Origin: Cycas panzhihuaensis | Lineage: Eukaryota; Plantae; Cycadophyta | Length of the DNA stretch: 64,000 bases | Assembly (NCBI GenBank): GCA_023213395.1 | Contig: CM041465.1 | Coordinates: 148,559,741-148,623,740 of the forward strand | Direction of reading: 5' to 3' | Shown: positions 12,601-25,899 of the stretch, in pieces | How the letters are laid out: each line of letters opens with the position of its first letter | Position numbering within the stretch: the first letter of the stretch is position 1 | The notes under the pieces: generated by a model | Databases searched by the model: none | Told to the model about the DNA's origin: nothing | Seen by the model: the letters and a program-made list of their open reading frames with translations, nothing else | Program-made: the position numbers and the translations under genes

Positions 12601-13987
12601 CCATGGTCACTTGGGAGGTGTTGGTGTCGACTTCGAAAGGTGACTATTGATTTGGTAGAGCTGAGAGCACAGTTGTGCATAAGGCATTCTTTAGTCTATT
12701 AAAGGTTGCCCCTTGAGTGGGTCCCTAATTGAAAGGCATCTTGGTCTTGATGATCATGTATAATGCATGTGCAATATAAGAGTAACCGTAGATGAGCTTC
12801 CTGTAGAAGTTCACAGACCCCAAAAAGTTGTGCAGGTTGGCAATTATCTTGGGTGAAGGTCGGTTATGGATGATTCATGCTTTCTTGGGGTTGACGGAGA
12901 TGCTCTTTGAGTCGACAATGAGCTCTGTGCTGGTTAGTAATTATCTTAGGTGAAGGCCAGTTATGGATGATTCGTGCTTTCTTGGGGTTGATGGAGACAC
13001 TCTTTGAGTTGACAATGAGCCTTGGGTAGGCATTGACTCTTGTCCAAAATAGCAGTTGCTCTTCTTTCCCTTGAGCTAATGGCATCATAGAGTGTCGAGG
13101 ATCTATTGCACTTGTTGAATGTGTTTGACCAACATTCAACTGTAGATGATTATGTCATCCAAGAAGACGATGATGAGCTTTCTCAAGAAGGAATGAAGAA
13201 TGTCATTCATCAATGTCATGAAGTCATGAAGGAGTTGTTTAGGCTAAAAGGCGTGACCAACCACTTGTAAAGTCCCATATGGGTTTCAAATGAAGTCGTC
13301 CAACTGTTGAAAGACTCAACTCACACCTGATGATATCCTGATGCCAGATTGATCTTGGTGAAGTATTTGGCATCGTTCAACTCATCCATCAGATCATCAA
13401 TGTAGGGTAATGGGTTTGGGCCCTTCACTATGATATGCTTGAGTGCTTGGCAGCTTATGCAAAAGCACCAAATGCCATCTTTCTCGGGCATCGAGAGTAC
13501 TGGTGAATCACATGAGGTGGAGCTCGATTGAATTTGGCCTTATCGATGAGATTTGCAATTCGGTGCTTCAGTTCTTGACCCTCGAGAATTGAAGTCTTAT
13601 ATAAAGGCCCATTGGGTAAGGCAACTCTTGGGAGTAAGTCAATGTTGTGCAAGATTGCTCAAGTAGGAGGGAGCCCCTAGGGCATCTCAAAGACATTTGA
13701 GTAATTACCTAGTAACTGTTATATGTTTGGATGAATAGTCTGATGTTGGGATTGGTGTATCCTCTACTTGTTAGACAAACATAATGGTGTCCTCCTTGGT
13801 GGAATTGGCAAGCCTATTAGCTTGTGAACTAGTCACTACCTTATCTTTAGTGGTTGATGAGGTGAGTTGGTAGGCTTGTTAGCCCTTGTGCAATTTGTAC
13901 ATGTTTTTGAATCCATCATAAACCACATGCTTATCATATTAATAGGGGTGGCCCAATAAGAGCTTGTTGCAATCCACGTGCATCATG
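12601..13987 (-). pseudogene. pol: Element A pol fragment: protease C-part, RT and RNaseH N-part
   Basis: HNIDLLP..LPNGPLY, TKINLASGYHQV-like and IVFLDD-like motifs. Includes a ~97-bp tandem duplication (12842-13020). Confidence 0.85.
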
Positions 13988-14399
13988 TTATGTAGTTGGA
14001 TATGGCCTTTTAGTAGGTCATATTTGTTTTGGATATGCCCTAGATACACTCGGGATATGGCCCAAATACGTATCTCGGGTGTATCTAGGATATGCCTGAT
14101 ATCTTGGGACGTATTCTGACCATATCCTGACCTTCCATGAGACTGTGGGTTGTATCTTGGGCCCACATTCCCCAATTTTTATGTTTATTTATTTATTTAT
14201 TTTTTCTATAAAAATTAAAAATTGGTGCTTTAAAAAAATAGTCAACTAAAAGAATAAGTCAAAACCACATTTTAAAAGAAGAAAAAAGCCTATAGTTTTG
14301 GACTGAACTGTGGGCCAAAAAGTAAACACGATTTTTCCCAAAACCATGGGCCACTATTTCTATGGGATGCCCAAAATTGTGGTCTACTATTTCTACTTA

Positions 14400-14458
14400 A
14401 TGGGTAGCTCTCCTCTCTTACAAATCACATGGGTAGCTCTCCTCTCTTACAAATCACA
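14400..14458. repeat. 29-bp perfect tandem duplication (ATGGGTAGCTCTCCTCTCTTACAAATCAC x2)
   Basis: Seen directly in the sequence. Confidence 0.9.
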
Positions 14459-14668
14459 TTTGTATGAATGTGCATTATCTTGGTGGTATCTGTGAGTAGG
14501 GATTGTAGTGTGCGAGCAGTGATTGGAGGTTGTTGGCAGCTATTAGAGGTTGTGGGCAGCCTTCATTTGTAAGTGGGCATCTTGTTTTCTTAGTGAGCAT
14601 TGTTTTTTTGCTCGTGGGCTACTTGTTTTGCTTGTGGGTAGTGATATCTTGCCTTTTGCCTTTCATCC

Positions 14669-15520
14669 AATGGCATCGTCAACATCTTCAGTTGGCGGTG
14701 GTCGTGGTGGTGCAAGTGAGTAGTATGATGACTCTTTGTTGTGGATGTATGCCACCAAAATCACTCCTATGGTGAAAGGAGGTGGGGGGTGTTGCTGTTG
14801 GAAATGCAACAAATGTAAGAGCACTTTTAATGGGTCATATTCTAGGTTCAAAGCCCATTTGATGCACCGCACCGATGTTGGAATCCAAGTGTGTAGTGCA
14901 ATTTCTCAAGTAGAGACGAGCAAATTTGTTCAAGAGCATGAAGTTGCGAAGAGACAAAAGGCCTCCAAAAAGTTCACTCCAACAACAAAGGGACTCCGTA
15001 CTACTTTAGGAGGTGATATGTCGAACATATCTGTGCTAATGATTGTGGAGTAGGACCATAAACAAGCCAATTTGGGTCCATTGGGGAAGATGTTTGATGT
15101 CAATGGCAAGGAAGAGGTCAACAACAGGGTAGCACGTTGCATTGATGTGTGTGGACTTCCATTTTCTCTCGTTCACTCTATATTTTCTCTCATTTAGTAA
15201 GATTTGTCCAGATGAGAAACATGCCCTTATATTATGAAGCCAATTTGGGCAAATTTGCTAGTGGGACTGATTCCTTTAGAGATCCACAGACGTTATGAGA
15301 TAGGGCAAAGATGGATCTTATTGAGATGGTGGAGTTATTGTGGATTGAATGCTAAAGATTTCTAGTCCCATGCTATACGTGTCCTTTCACAAGTGGCAAG
15401 CTCTGTAGTAGCTAAAAGGAATTGGAACACCTATGGATTCATTCATTCAATGAAAAGGAACAAGTTGGGATCAAATAAGACCGAAGACCTCGTTTATGTT
15501 TTTGCCTTCTCTTTTAATCA
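14669..15520 (+). pseudogene. hAT transposase remnant: N-terminal BED zinc finger joined to the C-terminal dimerisation domain
   Basis: LWMY..WKCNKC..FNGSYSRFKAHL..GIQVC (BED), then WWSYCG..AIRVLSQVASS..KRNWNTYGFIHSMKRNKLG..EDLVYV. The catalytic middle is absent. Confidence 0.88.
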
Positions 15521-16093
15521 AAGAAAGAGTATACTGAAGGGCCTTCTTATTTGTGGGATGTGAATCTTGAAGAGGGATGATTGGATACACAAGACTTGTT
15601 TTTTGTTAACTTGTCCGTAGATCTGCTAAATTTGCCACCTAAAAATCTCCATGATGATGATGATCCTCTTCTTTTTGCTTTAGCTTCTTCTCATGATCTA
15701 CCCATGGATTATGATGATATCTATGGTGTTGGCACTAGTGTAGAATTTAATCAATAAATGATGATGTTTTAACTTTTCAATGTTTCGATTAAGGTGTATG
15801 AACATTATGTGATATAATGAATATTGTTGTAGTTTGTTTCATATATAGTTTACTAGTTTTATAACTATAATTTTGCATTGCGTGTGAATGTCGAGTAATG
15901 AATATTGAATCAACGAATCATTACTTCATATTTGTTGCAAATTCTTTCATATGTTTTATAAATAGTTTGTTAGTTTGTATATATTTATTGGAAATCCTAA
16001 CTCATCATATCCTACTTCTTGTATCCCCATATCGTAGAATTAGGAAATGTTGTATTCGTATTCGCTTTTGCTCCCATGTATCTAGCTACTTAG

Positions 16094-17035
16094 GTATCAC
16101 GCCACTTGCATTTGTATTAATAAACAACTCAACTACAAAGCTTATCTAGCAAACTTGATCTATCTGAGTCTATAGTCTACCCTTTTTAACCTAACTAAGG
16201 TTGTAGGGGTTTATATGAGATTCAATCAAGAGGCTAAGGTCCCTAATTAAGTGATCAAATACTAGGTTTTTCATGTTATCATTCTCAATTATACAAAGTA
16301 CAATTTGCTCCTTGACCTGGTAGATTAGCAGTTTTAGGTGAACAAGGCCTCTTTTTCAGAGGTAGAATAGTTCTTAGCTATGAGCACCACGTGCAGGCTG
16401 TTCACAATCAGGTTGGTGATCAACAATGTAGAGTCTTTAGTTGGGGCACCGGATGTGCTTACATCTTTTGCTTTCTATTCTACTACTAAGGTCTTGACCT
16501 TGGCCTGGTTGTCCTGCTTCAAACGTTCCTTATTCGAATGTCCATAGGACTTGTGATAGTTATAGTATTTGTAGGGACCTTTCCCCTTTGCTACCGGGGT
16601 GTTATGTCCTGGGGCTAGAGGAGCTACTGCAATAGGATGTTGCCGAGGCCAAATTGGATTCACCCTAAATGTACCCCTTCTCTAATAGAAGGTCTATCTT
16701 TGTTGGAATTGTTGTTGTTATTGCTGTTGCGGTCTTTAGGATCATCTCTTTTGGGATCAACCCTTCACCTTCAAGGCATACTAATATGCTTGGTTTAGAG
16801 AGGTGATGTTGAGGAGGTCCACCTCTTGTTGCAAGGAGGGAAAGAGTCCATCAATGAACTTGAGGCTCATTGTATGCTTAGAGTCGGTCACTTCAACCAT
16901 GATGACCATCTTGTGGAAGGTGTTAAATGTACTGTTGAATGGTTTGTTCGACTTGTTGTTGAATGTGCAAGCATTTCTTCTCCTTGTTATCCTTATGTCC
17001 AACAAGATAGAATCAATTTTGGAGATGTTTGAGCA
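16094..17035 (-). pseudogene. gag: Element A gag and protease N-part
   Basis: Decayed knuckle (YYNYHKSYGH), LKFIDGL..LQQEV gag motif and protease remnants. Confidence 0.7.
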
Positions 17036-17534
17036 TGTGAGCTTGCTAAGACAATTGGTGGGGATACCCCCTTATATGATACATAATTAATATGGTTACA
17101 AATGTTACATAAATATGGTGAGATAAACCTCCAAAGAGGATAGATGCAGGGGTTTTTGATGCATCGTGGGGATGTGAGGGAAGAGTATTATGTGGAGGAG
17201 AATTTGGGATTAATTCTTATTAACCCAATCACATTAAGCTGGAAAGGACCAAGCTCACAAGATTATGATTAACAAGAGAGTAGGGAATTATTTGCTAGGA
17301 AAAGACTAAACAAACAATTAACTATGTATTCATTCTAAATAGTTAATATGTGGGGAACCAAAACACCTAAAAAGAACTAAGTGTATGACTCTCCATCATT
17401 CATTCACAATCTAGTGGGTGGATAGTGGCCAACCCAAATTGGAAACCCTATAAATTGGAATGGCTAACACTATGTGTAGCCTTTATATTTAAATCTTGTG
17501 GCCTATACTTTAAATATCCACACTATATTAACTT

Positions 17535-20500
17535 TGTAGCGGAAACTTTTATCTTATTTTAGAAATAACATAGGAATTCATAAATACTGATCTAACATAT
17601 GCTCATATAGACCTTATCAATCTCAAATAAAAATGAATATTGGAAATACACCTTAAACACTAGAATAAAGCAATGGAAATAATACAAATAAAAGGTAAAT
17701 ATATTGTCAAAATAATACTAGAAAGTACAAAAATATACAACAAAATATCTTTACTGAATGCTTGTCCCTTCGAGGTGGGAATCCTCCAAATATCTTAGGC
17801 CCAAAGGTCGAGCCAACTACAGCCCTAGATCTAAAAATATGGAAGAGATCCAACTGAAAATGATTTGTTAGAATGAGGGCTTTGATCCCTATATATAATG
17901 GTCAATGATTATCCAACTTGAAGTTGGCCAGAACTAGGACAATTCACTGGAAGTGAACCATGAGTGAAGTCGGCCAAAAGACAGGCTTACAAGTTGGCTA
18001 ATACTCCCATTCTTGGGGGTTTAAGTCGGCTGACATGCCCCTAAAGAGAGGGTTTTCCTAGAACGCAACAAGTCCCCACCCCGCCCTGAAAAAATGCTTT
18101 GCCCTCAAAGCATTGGCAGTTTTGGCAATTGTTGTATCCACTCATTTGACTCCCATGTCGTGTCTTCTGCATCCAACGTCCGCCACTTTATGAGGTACTC
18201 TCTGACTTGTCTTGTTCGAAGTTGCCTGGTGCGAATTTGGAGTATCCTTTCTGGTTCTAGTATAATCTTTCCTTCTTCATTGAGTTCTGGAAAGGATGTC
18301 TGTGGTACTATTTTATCGCCGATCTTTTTCTTCAGGCATGAAACATGAAAAGTGTCATGGATCTTGCTTGTTGTTGGTAATTTAAGTTTGTAGGCTACTT
18401 CTTTGATTCTGTCAAGTACTTGATAGGGCCCAAAATATTGAGGAACGAGCTTTTGTATATTTGTTTTGCTTAATGACGTTTGTTTGTATCGTTGCAACCA
18501 GAGGAAAACCCATTCGTCCTTCTAGAAGCTCCTTTCGGATCACTGCGCATCTGCTTGCTGTTTCATTCTGTTCCTTGCCATCACCAAATTATCCTTAAGA
18601 ATTCTAACTGTGTCTTTACACATTCTACCTTGTTTTGTTGACAAGTATCGCATTCTGTCACGAATTTTTGGACGTTTGATTTCAAGCCCTTCTAAAAGTA
18701 CGATGCTTTTATCTTCCGATATGTCTTGTCTATACCAGTGTGGCTTGCTTCTGGTACCAAATGTGTTTCTTACAATATAATTCCTTTTAATTTGGAATTT
18801 TTGGGAATACAGATTTTGTCATTCCTAAGAATAAGATCGCCCTTTTGCTGGTATCTATTTGAATCGCTTCCCTTGATGTTATATAAGAGTTTTTGGTATC
18901 TTGGATTTGCCATATATTTAGTTATAATGGATTTTAACCATGAGGGCGTCATTGTTGATATCAAACACAATGAAGGACCTTCTCTTTGCCTTTCTTATAT
19001 ACTATCGTGAAGCCAAATTTCTACAACTTGTTGATCCATTTTGTTGCTCATCGAACAATGTCTTCTGTCTGAGGAAGTATTTTAGACTATCATGATCCGT
19101 GCGCACTTGAAATGAATTACCCAATAGATATTGTTACCATTGCTGGATGGTGTGCATGATTGCAAGCATCTCCTTATCATAAATTGATTTGGGTTCTTCT
19201 CTGTTATTCAACTTTCGACTCTCATAAGCTATTGATCATTCATCTTGGAGTAAGACTGCCCCTATCCCAAATCTTGATGCATCACACTCCAGTACAAACG
19301 ATTTTGAAAAATCGGGTGTCGCTAAAATTGGAGGTGTTACCATGGTTTTCTTGAGATCACTGAATGCTCGTTTGCTTTTGGCTTCCAAGTAAGCGCGTCT
19401 TTCTTGGTTAAGTCTGTGAGTGGAGCTGCTAGGTGTGCATAACCCTTTATGAACTTCCTAACAAATCCTCTTGTCCCCAAGAACCCTCGAACTGCTGCAA
19501 CACTTGTTGGGGTTGGCCAATTGACGATTACTTGTATCTTCTTTGGGTCAATCCTTATGCCTTCTTTAGTAATGATGTGGCCTAAATATTCTAGTTCCTC
19601 CTTTGCAAATGAACATTTCTTCTTGTTGGCAAAGAATTGATTATCGTGTAGAATTTCAAAAATGATTCTTAGGTGTTCTAGATGCTCTTCCCAAGTTTTA
19701 TTGTAGAAGATATCATCGAAGAAAATTAACATAAATTTGCGTAACACTTGCCTGAAGGTATCGTTCATGATGCTTTGAAAAGTTGTCAGTGTGTTCGTTA
19801 ATCCAAATGGCATTATCTTGAATTTGAATAGGCCTTCATGTGTTCTAAATGCTATCTTGTATACGTCTTCTTCCCTTATCTGGATTTGATGGTACCCAGA
19901 GTGCAAGTCAATTTTTGAAAAGTACTTTGGTCCATGCATTTCATCCAACAAATCGTCAATGCGCGAGATCGGGTACTTGTTCTTGACTGTTAGTTGATTG
20001 AGACCTTGGTAGTCGACACACATTCTATATGAATCGTCCTTCTTTGGGCTAATAACAACTGTAGATGTAAATGGGCTTGCGCTGGTAGTAATACTTCCTT
20101 GGTATAGTAGCTCCCTTGTGATTTTCTCGATTTCTTTTCGTAAATGATACAAATGCCTATAGGGTCGAATGTTGACAGGCATTGCGCATGGTACAAGTTC
20201 AATTGCATGCTGATTTTTTTGAAGAGGCGGTAGTCCTTTCGGTTTGTCAAACATTGTCTTATACTCGTCTATAATTTGTTGAACCTCTAGTGGAATATTC
20301 TCTATTTCGACCTTATAGCATGTCATAATGTATGTTGATGGGTTTTTCCTAAGGAGCTTCTCCCTTCGGTGTGACAAAACGAATTGTACTGGTGGCATTG
20401 CCGGTGCTTGCAATTTGTATTTATATCCTTCCTAGCGAAAGCACATAAATCTGGTCATATAATTAGTGACTACATTGCCTAATGTTTGAAGCCACTAGAT

Positions 20501-22668
20501 TCCCAATATTGCATCTATGCCGCCGATTTGCATTGCGAACATGCATGTGTTTGTTAAATATTTGCCCATTTGTAAATTGATTTTTCTACAGAACCCTTTG
20601 CATGGTGTTGTTTTGCAATTGACGATTGATGCTTGGAATGTGTTTATTGGTTCTATTTTAATTCCAAGCTTCTTTGCAGTTGTCCTGTTTATAAAGTTGT
20701 GTGTACTGCCACTATCAACTAGTATTACGACAGGCGCCCCTTTAATCATCCCTTCGAACCAGAGTGTCTGCGGGGTGACACTTCATCCTGTAAATGCTTG
20801 TAGTGAAATGTGTACATTTTCTGTATCTAGTTCCAATAGCTCATTGGCTTCATCTTCTTCTGGTTGTTCTTCGACTTCTTTGTGAATATCTTCGGGTGCT
20901 TCTTCTTGCTCCGATATTATTGTGCCTTTAGTATTGATCATGTATACTTTTTTCCCGATGCATTGATATTCATAGTTCCACTTCGAACCACATTTGAAAC
21001 AAGTTCCTTTCTTTATATGTTCTTCCTTCGTTGTTGTTTCTTGATTATTTCTAACTGCTAATGGAGCCTCGACTTTAGTTCTTGACCTGTTCCAATTTGG
21101 GTTAAATCACTACGAGCTTTCTGTTCTGTGTGTGAATGTACGTCTAGTCTCCCGTTATTCTACTTCCACACATGTTCTTGTCTTGATTGCTGAATCCAAT
21201 GTTGGTACCTCCATTGCTTTTATACGATATCTTATTGGAGATTTCAATTCGCTAATGTATGTTTCTAGAAGGAGTTCTGGTGGCACTGTTAATGGAATCA
21301 GACATTGTAAAACTTGAAACTGCTCGGTAAACTCTTGGACTGAGCTTGTTCGCCATAATCTTGTCAACTGGGCAAAATAGTCTATACTCCATGAATCTTC
21401 ATATTGGGTTATGAGTCCATGCTTCATGTTGTGCCAACTTTCCACTTGTTTGAAGCCACCACGAATACCATTTCAAAGCTCGATCGTACAAATGTAGTGA
21501 TGCCAAGGATACTTGCTCATTTTCCGATATAGCGTAGATTGAGAAATAGGTCTCCATTTGTAAAATCCATCCCCTTATATCTCTTGATTTGTCGGGGTCA
21601 AACTTTTCCAGGGTGGCCTTTGCCATTGTTGCCCTATTGTTCCTTTTTCTCCTTTGATATTCTCCTCCTCTTTTAAACCTTGCTTCGAAATTACTTGTAT
21701 TTTCTTGGTCTAATTTACCTAGAGGATCCAGGTTTATCCATTCCTTTTCCTATTTGTCCCATATTGGTTCTGTTTGTGGTTCGTCTAGCTTGAGGTTAAT
21801 TTTGTCCATGAGGGCCGTGAGATTCGCTAAAGAAGTTAGGATCTCCCTTCTTGCTTCGTCTGAGGTGGTTTGTCCTTGACTGGATTGGCCTTGGGCGGTC
21901 GACATTTTCTTTTGCTGTATAATCTTCTTAGAGCATAACTCCGTTTGGGCTCCTCTCAAAATCCATGGGTGAGAGGATGGGAAAAAAATTTCGCTAAAAT
22001 ATCACCTTCCTGGTAGGACTAACGGCTGTGAACATGAGTAGACAGACTTGATCCCCTTCGGAAAAAAATTAGACTATATTCTACCACATGATAGCTTCAA
22101 CGAAGCTCTGATACCACTTGTAGCAGAAACTTTTATCTTATTTTAGAAATAACAAAGGAATTCACAGATACTGATCTAACATATACTCATACAGATCTTA
22201 TCAATCTCAAATAAAAATGAATATTGGAAATAAACCTTAAACACCGGAATAAAGCAATGGAAATAATGCAAATAAAAGGTAAATATATTGCCAAAATAAT
22301 ACTAGAAAGTACAAAAATATACAACAGAATATCCTTACTGAATGCTTGTCCCTTCAAGGTGGGAATCCTCCAAATATCTCAAGCCAGAAGGCCGACCCAA
22401 TTGCAGCCCTAGAGCCGAAAATATGGAAGAGATCCAACTGAAAATGATATGTTAGAATGAGGGCTTTCATTCCTGTATATATACTGGTCAATTATTATCT
22501 AGCTTGAAGTCGGCCAGAACTGGGATAATTCACTGAAAGTGAACCATGAGTGAAGTCAGCCAGAAGACAGGCTTACGGGTCGGCCAATACTCCCATTCCT
22601 GCACTCATTTCTGGGGGTTTAAGTCAACTGATAGGCCCTTAAGGAGAGAGTTTTCTTGCAATGCAACA
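17535..22668 (-). mobile_element. Element D: Ty3/gypsy chromovirus (Reina-like size and organisation) with the integrase core deleted
   Basis: LTRs 17535-18070 and 22119-22668; TSD AACTT/AACTC; PBS (GCTCTGATACCA 22105-22116); PPT complement at 18071-18086. Confidence 0.95.
18105..21905 (-). pseudogene. gag-pol: Element D gag-pol with chromodomain
   Basis: EKFDP..WILQMETYF gag, LVDSGSTHNF protease, 358-aa RT ORF 19337-20413 (KIDLHSGYHQI, FFDDI), chromodomain PERIL..EYLIKW..TTWE. Confidence 0.95.
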
Positions 22669-25600
22669 AACTCTACCCTAGATTCTCACTAGGGTTTATC
22701 CTTAAAAGAAAAACTTCACTACACAAGAGCTAAAACCTTTTTCCAAACACAAAACATAAACAAAACTTGTATTTGCAATCCATATTTCATCAAAAGCACT
22801 TCATCATGGAGACAGTTCGAAAAATTTCAACTGAATTTATCAAAAACTCTGGCATATAAAAGAGTCCTATATCTTATAATTTTTTCCCTTTTATACATTT
22901 CAAAGGAAGAATTGTTAACAAAAAATGAAAGAACTCAAGAAATCTGCAAATTTCTTCTTGTAAAGAATTAATTGTGTCTTGGAGGGCCAACTCAGTGGAG
23001 AATTGTTGTGGTCATGATAGATTCAAGGTTGTGATATGGGCCTATACTCTGATGAAATGTTCTCTAATTCTGCTAATGTCTTGTGCACCAATTACCAATA
23101 ACTGTTGCATCTATGGTGATTCTACAATCTATGAATGTGATTGATTTGACTAGTGTGCAGCTTGATGAGGGCAGCCTCTAAGGAAAACATTCAATCTCAC
23201 ATGCACAAACTTAAAACAATGAAGAACCAAAGAATAGGGAGTGTTGTTTTACTTCTAATTCCATTCCATTCTATCCAATCTGCTAAAAGATAGTCTAAAA
23301 TTACATTGGTACAAGTGAAAGCAAGAAGTCCAAAAACTTCTAACCCTAACCCTAAAAACTCCTTAATTACCTGCTGTGTGCTCATTGTCTTCATATCTAA
23401 TACCTGCTCAATTTCTTCTTGCTTCTTCCTTAGCATTTGGGACTCCCAACTTGCCATTTCACGTTCATAATATACCTCTTCATCTCCTTCATGATATGCA
23501 TATAGATCTGAAACATTTAAAATAGGAGAGATATCAAAGTGTTCAGGTAGATTCGCCTCGTATGCATTGTCATTGATCCTTTTTATAATCTAACATGGTC
23601 CAACCTTTTTGTATTTAAGCTTGTTGTAGGTCCCTTGGAGAAATCTGTGTTTTTTCAAGGAAACCATCACCAAGTCACCTTCTTCAAATACCTTATGTCT
23701 GCGAGTCTTGTCTACTGCTACCTTATAATTTTTGTTATTGTCTTGTAACATTTTCCTCACCTCCTCATGAACCTATTATATATGCTCTGCAAAAGTTTCT
23801 ACATCATCACTTACCTTTTCCCCAGTGGGCATGTATACTAAATCGAATACACCCTTGGAGTTTTTGCCATACACAACTTGAAAAGGTGATTTACCTTTGA
23901 CTTGTTTACAGAATTGTTATATGCAAATTCTGCCTAGGCCAATGCCAAATCCCACAGTTTGGACTTCTCCCCAACAATGCACCTTAGCAAGTTTCCCAAA
24001 CTTCTTTTCACCACTTCAATTTACCCATTAATCTGTGGATAGTAGGCACTGCTAAATTGGAGTTTTGTTCCCAGCTTCATCCATAGAGTCTTCCAGAAAT
24101 GGCTCAAGAACTTTGTGTCTTGATCCAAAGTGATAGTCTTCGGAATGCCATGCAACCTTGCAACCTCTTAAAGAATAAATCGCTATCCTAACTGCATCAT
24201 TTGTCTTCTTGCATGCAATAAAATGAATCATTTTTGAAAAATGACCAACAACGACAAAAATTGAATCATTACCTCTTTGTGTATGTGGTAATCCTAACAC
24301 AAAGTCCATGCTCAAGTCTATCCATGGTTCTTCAGGTATTGGTAAGGGCATATATAAGCTAGTATTCTATGCATGCCCCTTGGCCATTTGACATATCCTT
24401 TTGTATGTCACAAATCTTGCAACATCACTCTTCATTCGAGTCCAAAAATACTTTTCTTTTACTAAATCTATGGTCTTATTTTGGCCAAAATGCCCTCCAA
24501 GACCTCCATTATGCAACTCTCATATGATGTTCTATCTCATGGAGCCCTCTAAGATGCACAACTATATTTTTTAAAGTAGGTAGCCATTTTGCATAAAGTA
24601 TTCTTCACATAAAGAACTAGCCTTTCAATTAGGGGTTTCTTACAATGCTTAACAATTGTTTCAAAATTAAGGTTTGAGTCATACTAATCCTTAATGGCTT
24701 CAAATCCCACCACCTCATTTGCCATGGTGGTCAATAATGCCACTCGCTTGCTCAATGTGTCAACAACACGGTTCTGTTTGCCTGATTTGTGCTTCAAAAT
24801 AAATATAAAGCTTTGCAGATAGGATACCCACTTAACATGCCTAGTATTTAATTTCCTTTGGGTATTGACATACCTCAAGGCTTGGTGATCAATGAATAGG
24901 ACAAATTCCTTTGGTACGAGGTAATGCTTCCAATGCCTCAAAGTTTGGACAATCACATAAAATTCCAAGTCATAGGTTGAATACCTTCTTCTTACCTCAT
25001 TAAGCTTCTCATTGTGAAATGCTATAGGTCTTCCTTCTTGACTGAGCACTACTCCAACTACAACATGTGAAACATCACAATCAACCTCAAACACTTTTCC
25101 AAAGTTTGGCAGTGTGAGCACAGGTGCCTTGGTACCTTCTAATTTAAGACTTGGAAGCTATTCTCTATTTCCTTGTTCCATGTCAGCTCCTTACCCTTCA
25201 TGCAATTTGTTAAGGGTGCAATAATTCCACTAAGTTTCTAATGAATTTTCTATAAAACTGAGCTAGACCGTGAAAACTTCTTATCTTTATTAGAGTCCTA
25301 GGTGTTGGCCACTCAATAATTGCCCTGATCTTTTCCTCATTAATTTGCAATCCCTCCTGTGAAACCACAAAGCCCAGAAATACTAGGCTTCTTATAAACC
25401 TGCACTTCTTCATATTTGCACACAGCTTCTCTCCCTTTAATACTTCAAGCATCATCCTTAAGTGCATTAAGTGCTCCTTAGTCTTACTAAAATAAGAATG
25501 TCATCAAAATACACAACTACAAACTTATCAGTGAATAGTCGTAATATAATGTTCATAAATCTCATGAATGCGCTTGGGGCATTTGACATCCTAAATGGTA

Positions 25601-25899
25601 TGACTAGCCACTGATACAATCTGTCCCTTGTCTTGAAGGCTGTTTTCCACTTGTCCCCTTCACGAATTTGAATCTGATGATACTTGCTCTTGAGGTTGAT
25701 CTTTGTAAAGGAGGAAGCAACTGCCAATACATCCAGCATATTATGCATACAAGGTATGGGGAATCAACATTTAATTGTTATCTTGTTGATCGCTTTGGAA
25801 TCAACACACATTTGCAATGAGCCATCTTTCTTTGGAGTCACCAATGCTAGAACTGTGCAGGGATTCAAACTCTCTTACCATTCCCTTAACCACCAATTT

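Larger units (their letters stand above)
13988..16093 (+). mobile_element. Internally deleted hAT DNA transposon
   Basis: Imperfect TIRs TTATGTAGTTGGATA / TATCTAGCTACTTAG. 8-bp TSD GCATCATG/GTATCACG (both mismatches are C>T). GATAC/GTATC subterminal repeats. BED-finger and hAT dimerisation remnants. Confidence 0.88.
1541..17035 (-). mobile_element. Element A: decayed Ty3/gypsy LTR retrotransposon (chromovirus/CRM-like). 5' end not seen; host to several insertions.
   Basis: Minus-strand gag, PR (..VDCNKLLLGHPY), RT, RNaseH (PFEVDT..GGHPIAY), integrase (PLPIPSHPWESIFMDFINGLP) and C-terminal TFNISNLK segments in gypsy order. The reading resumes across the insertions at 4392-12600 and 13988-16093. 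Confidence 0.85.
17036..23305 (+). mobile_element. Orphan ~1.1-kb LTR-like sequence, interrupted by element D
   Basis: TGTGA...TTACA termini, TATA-like CTATATTAA followed by a CCCTAG..CTAGGG hairpin, then TTGGTACAAGTG at the PBS position. No partner LTR or coding region follows. Confidence 0.45.

Noticed and set aside
23045-23075. CTGATGA in the orphan LTR (retrozyme-type hammerhead?)
   Set aside because: No stem II-GAAA arrangement could be drawn.
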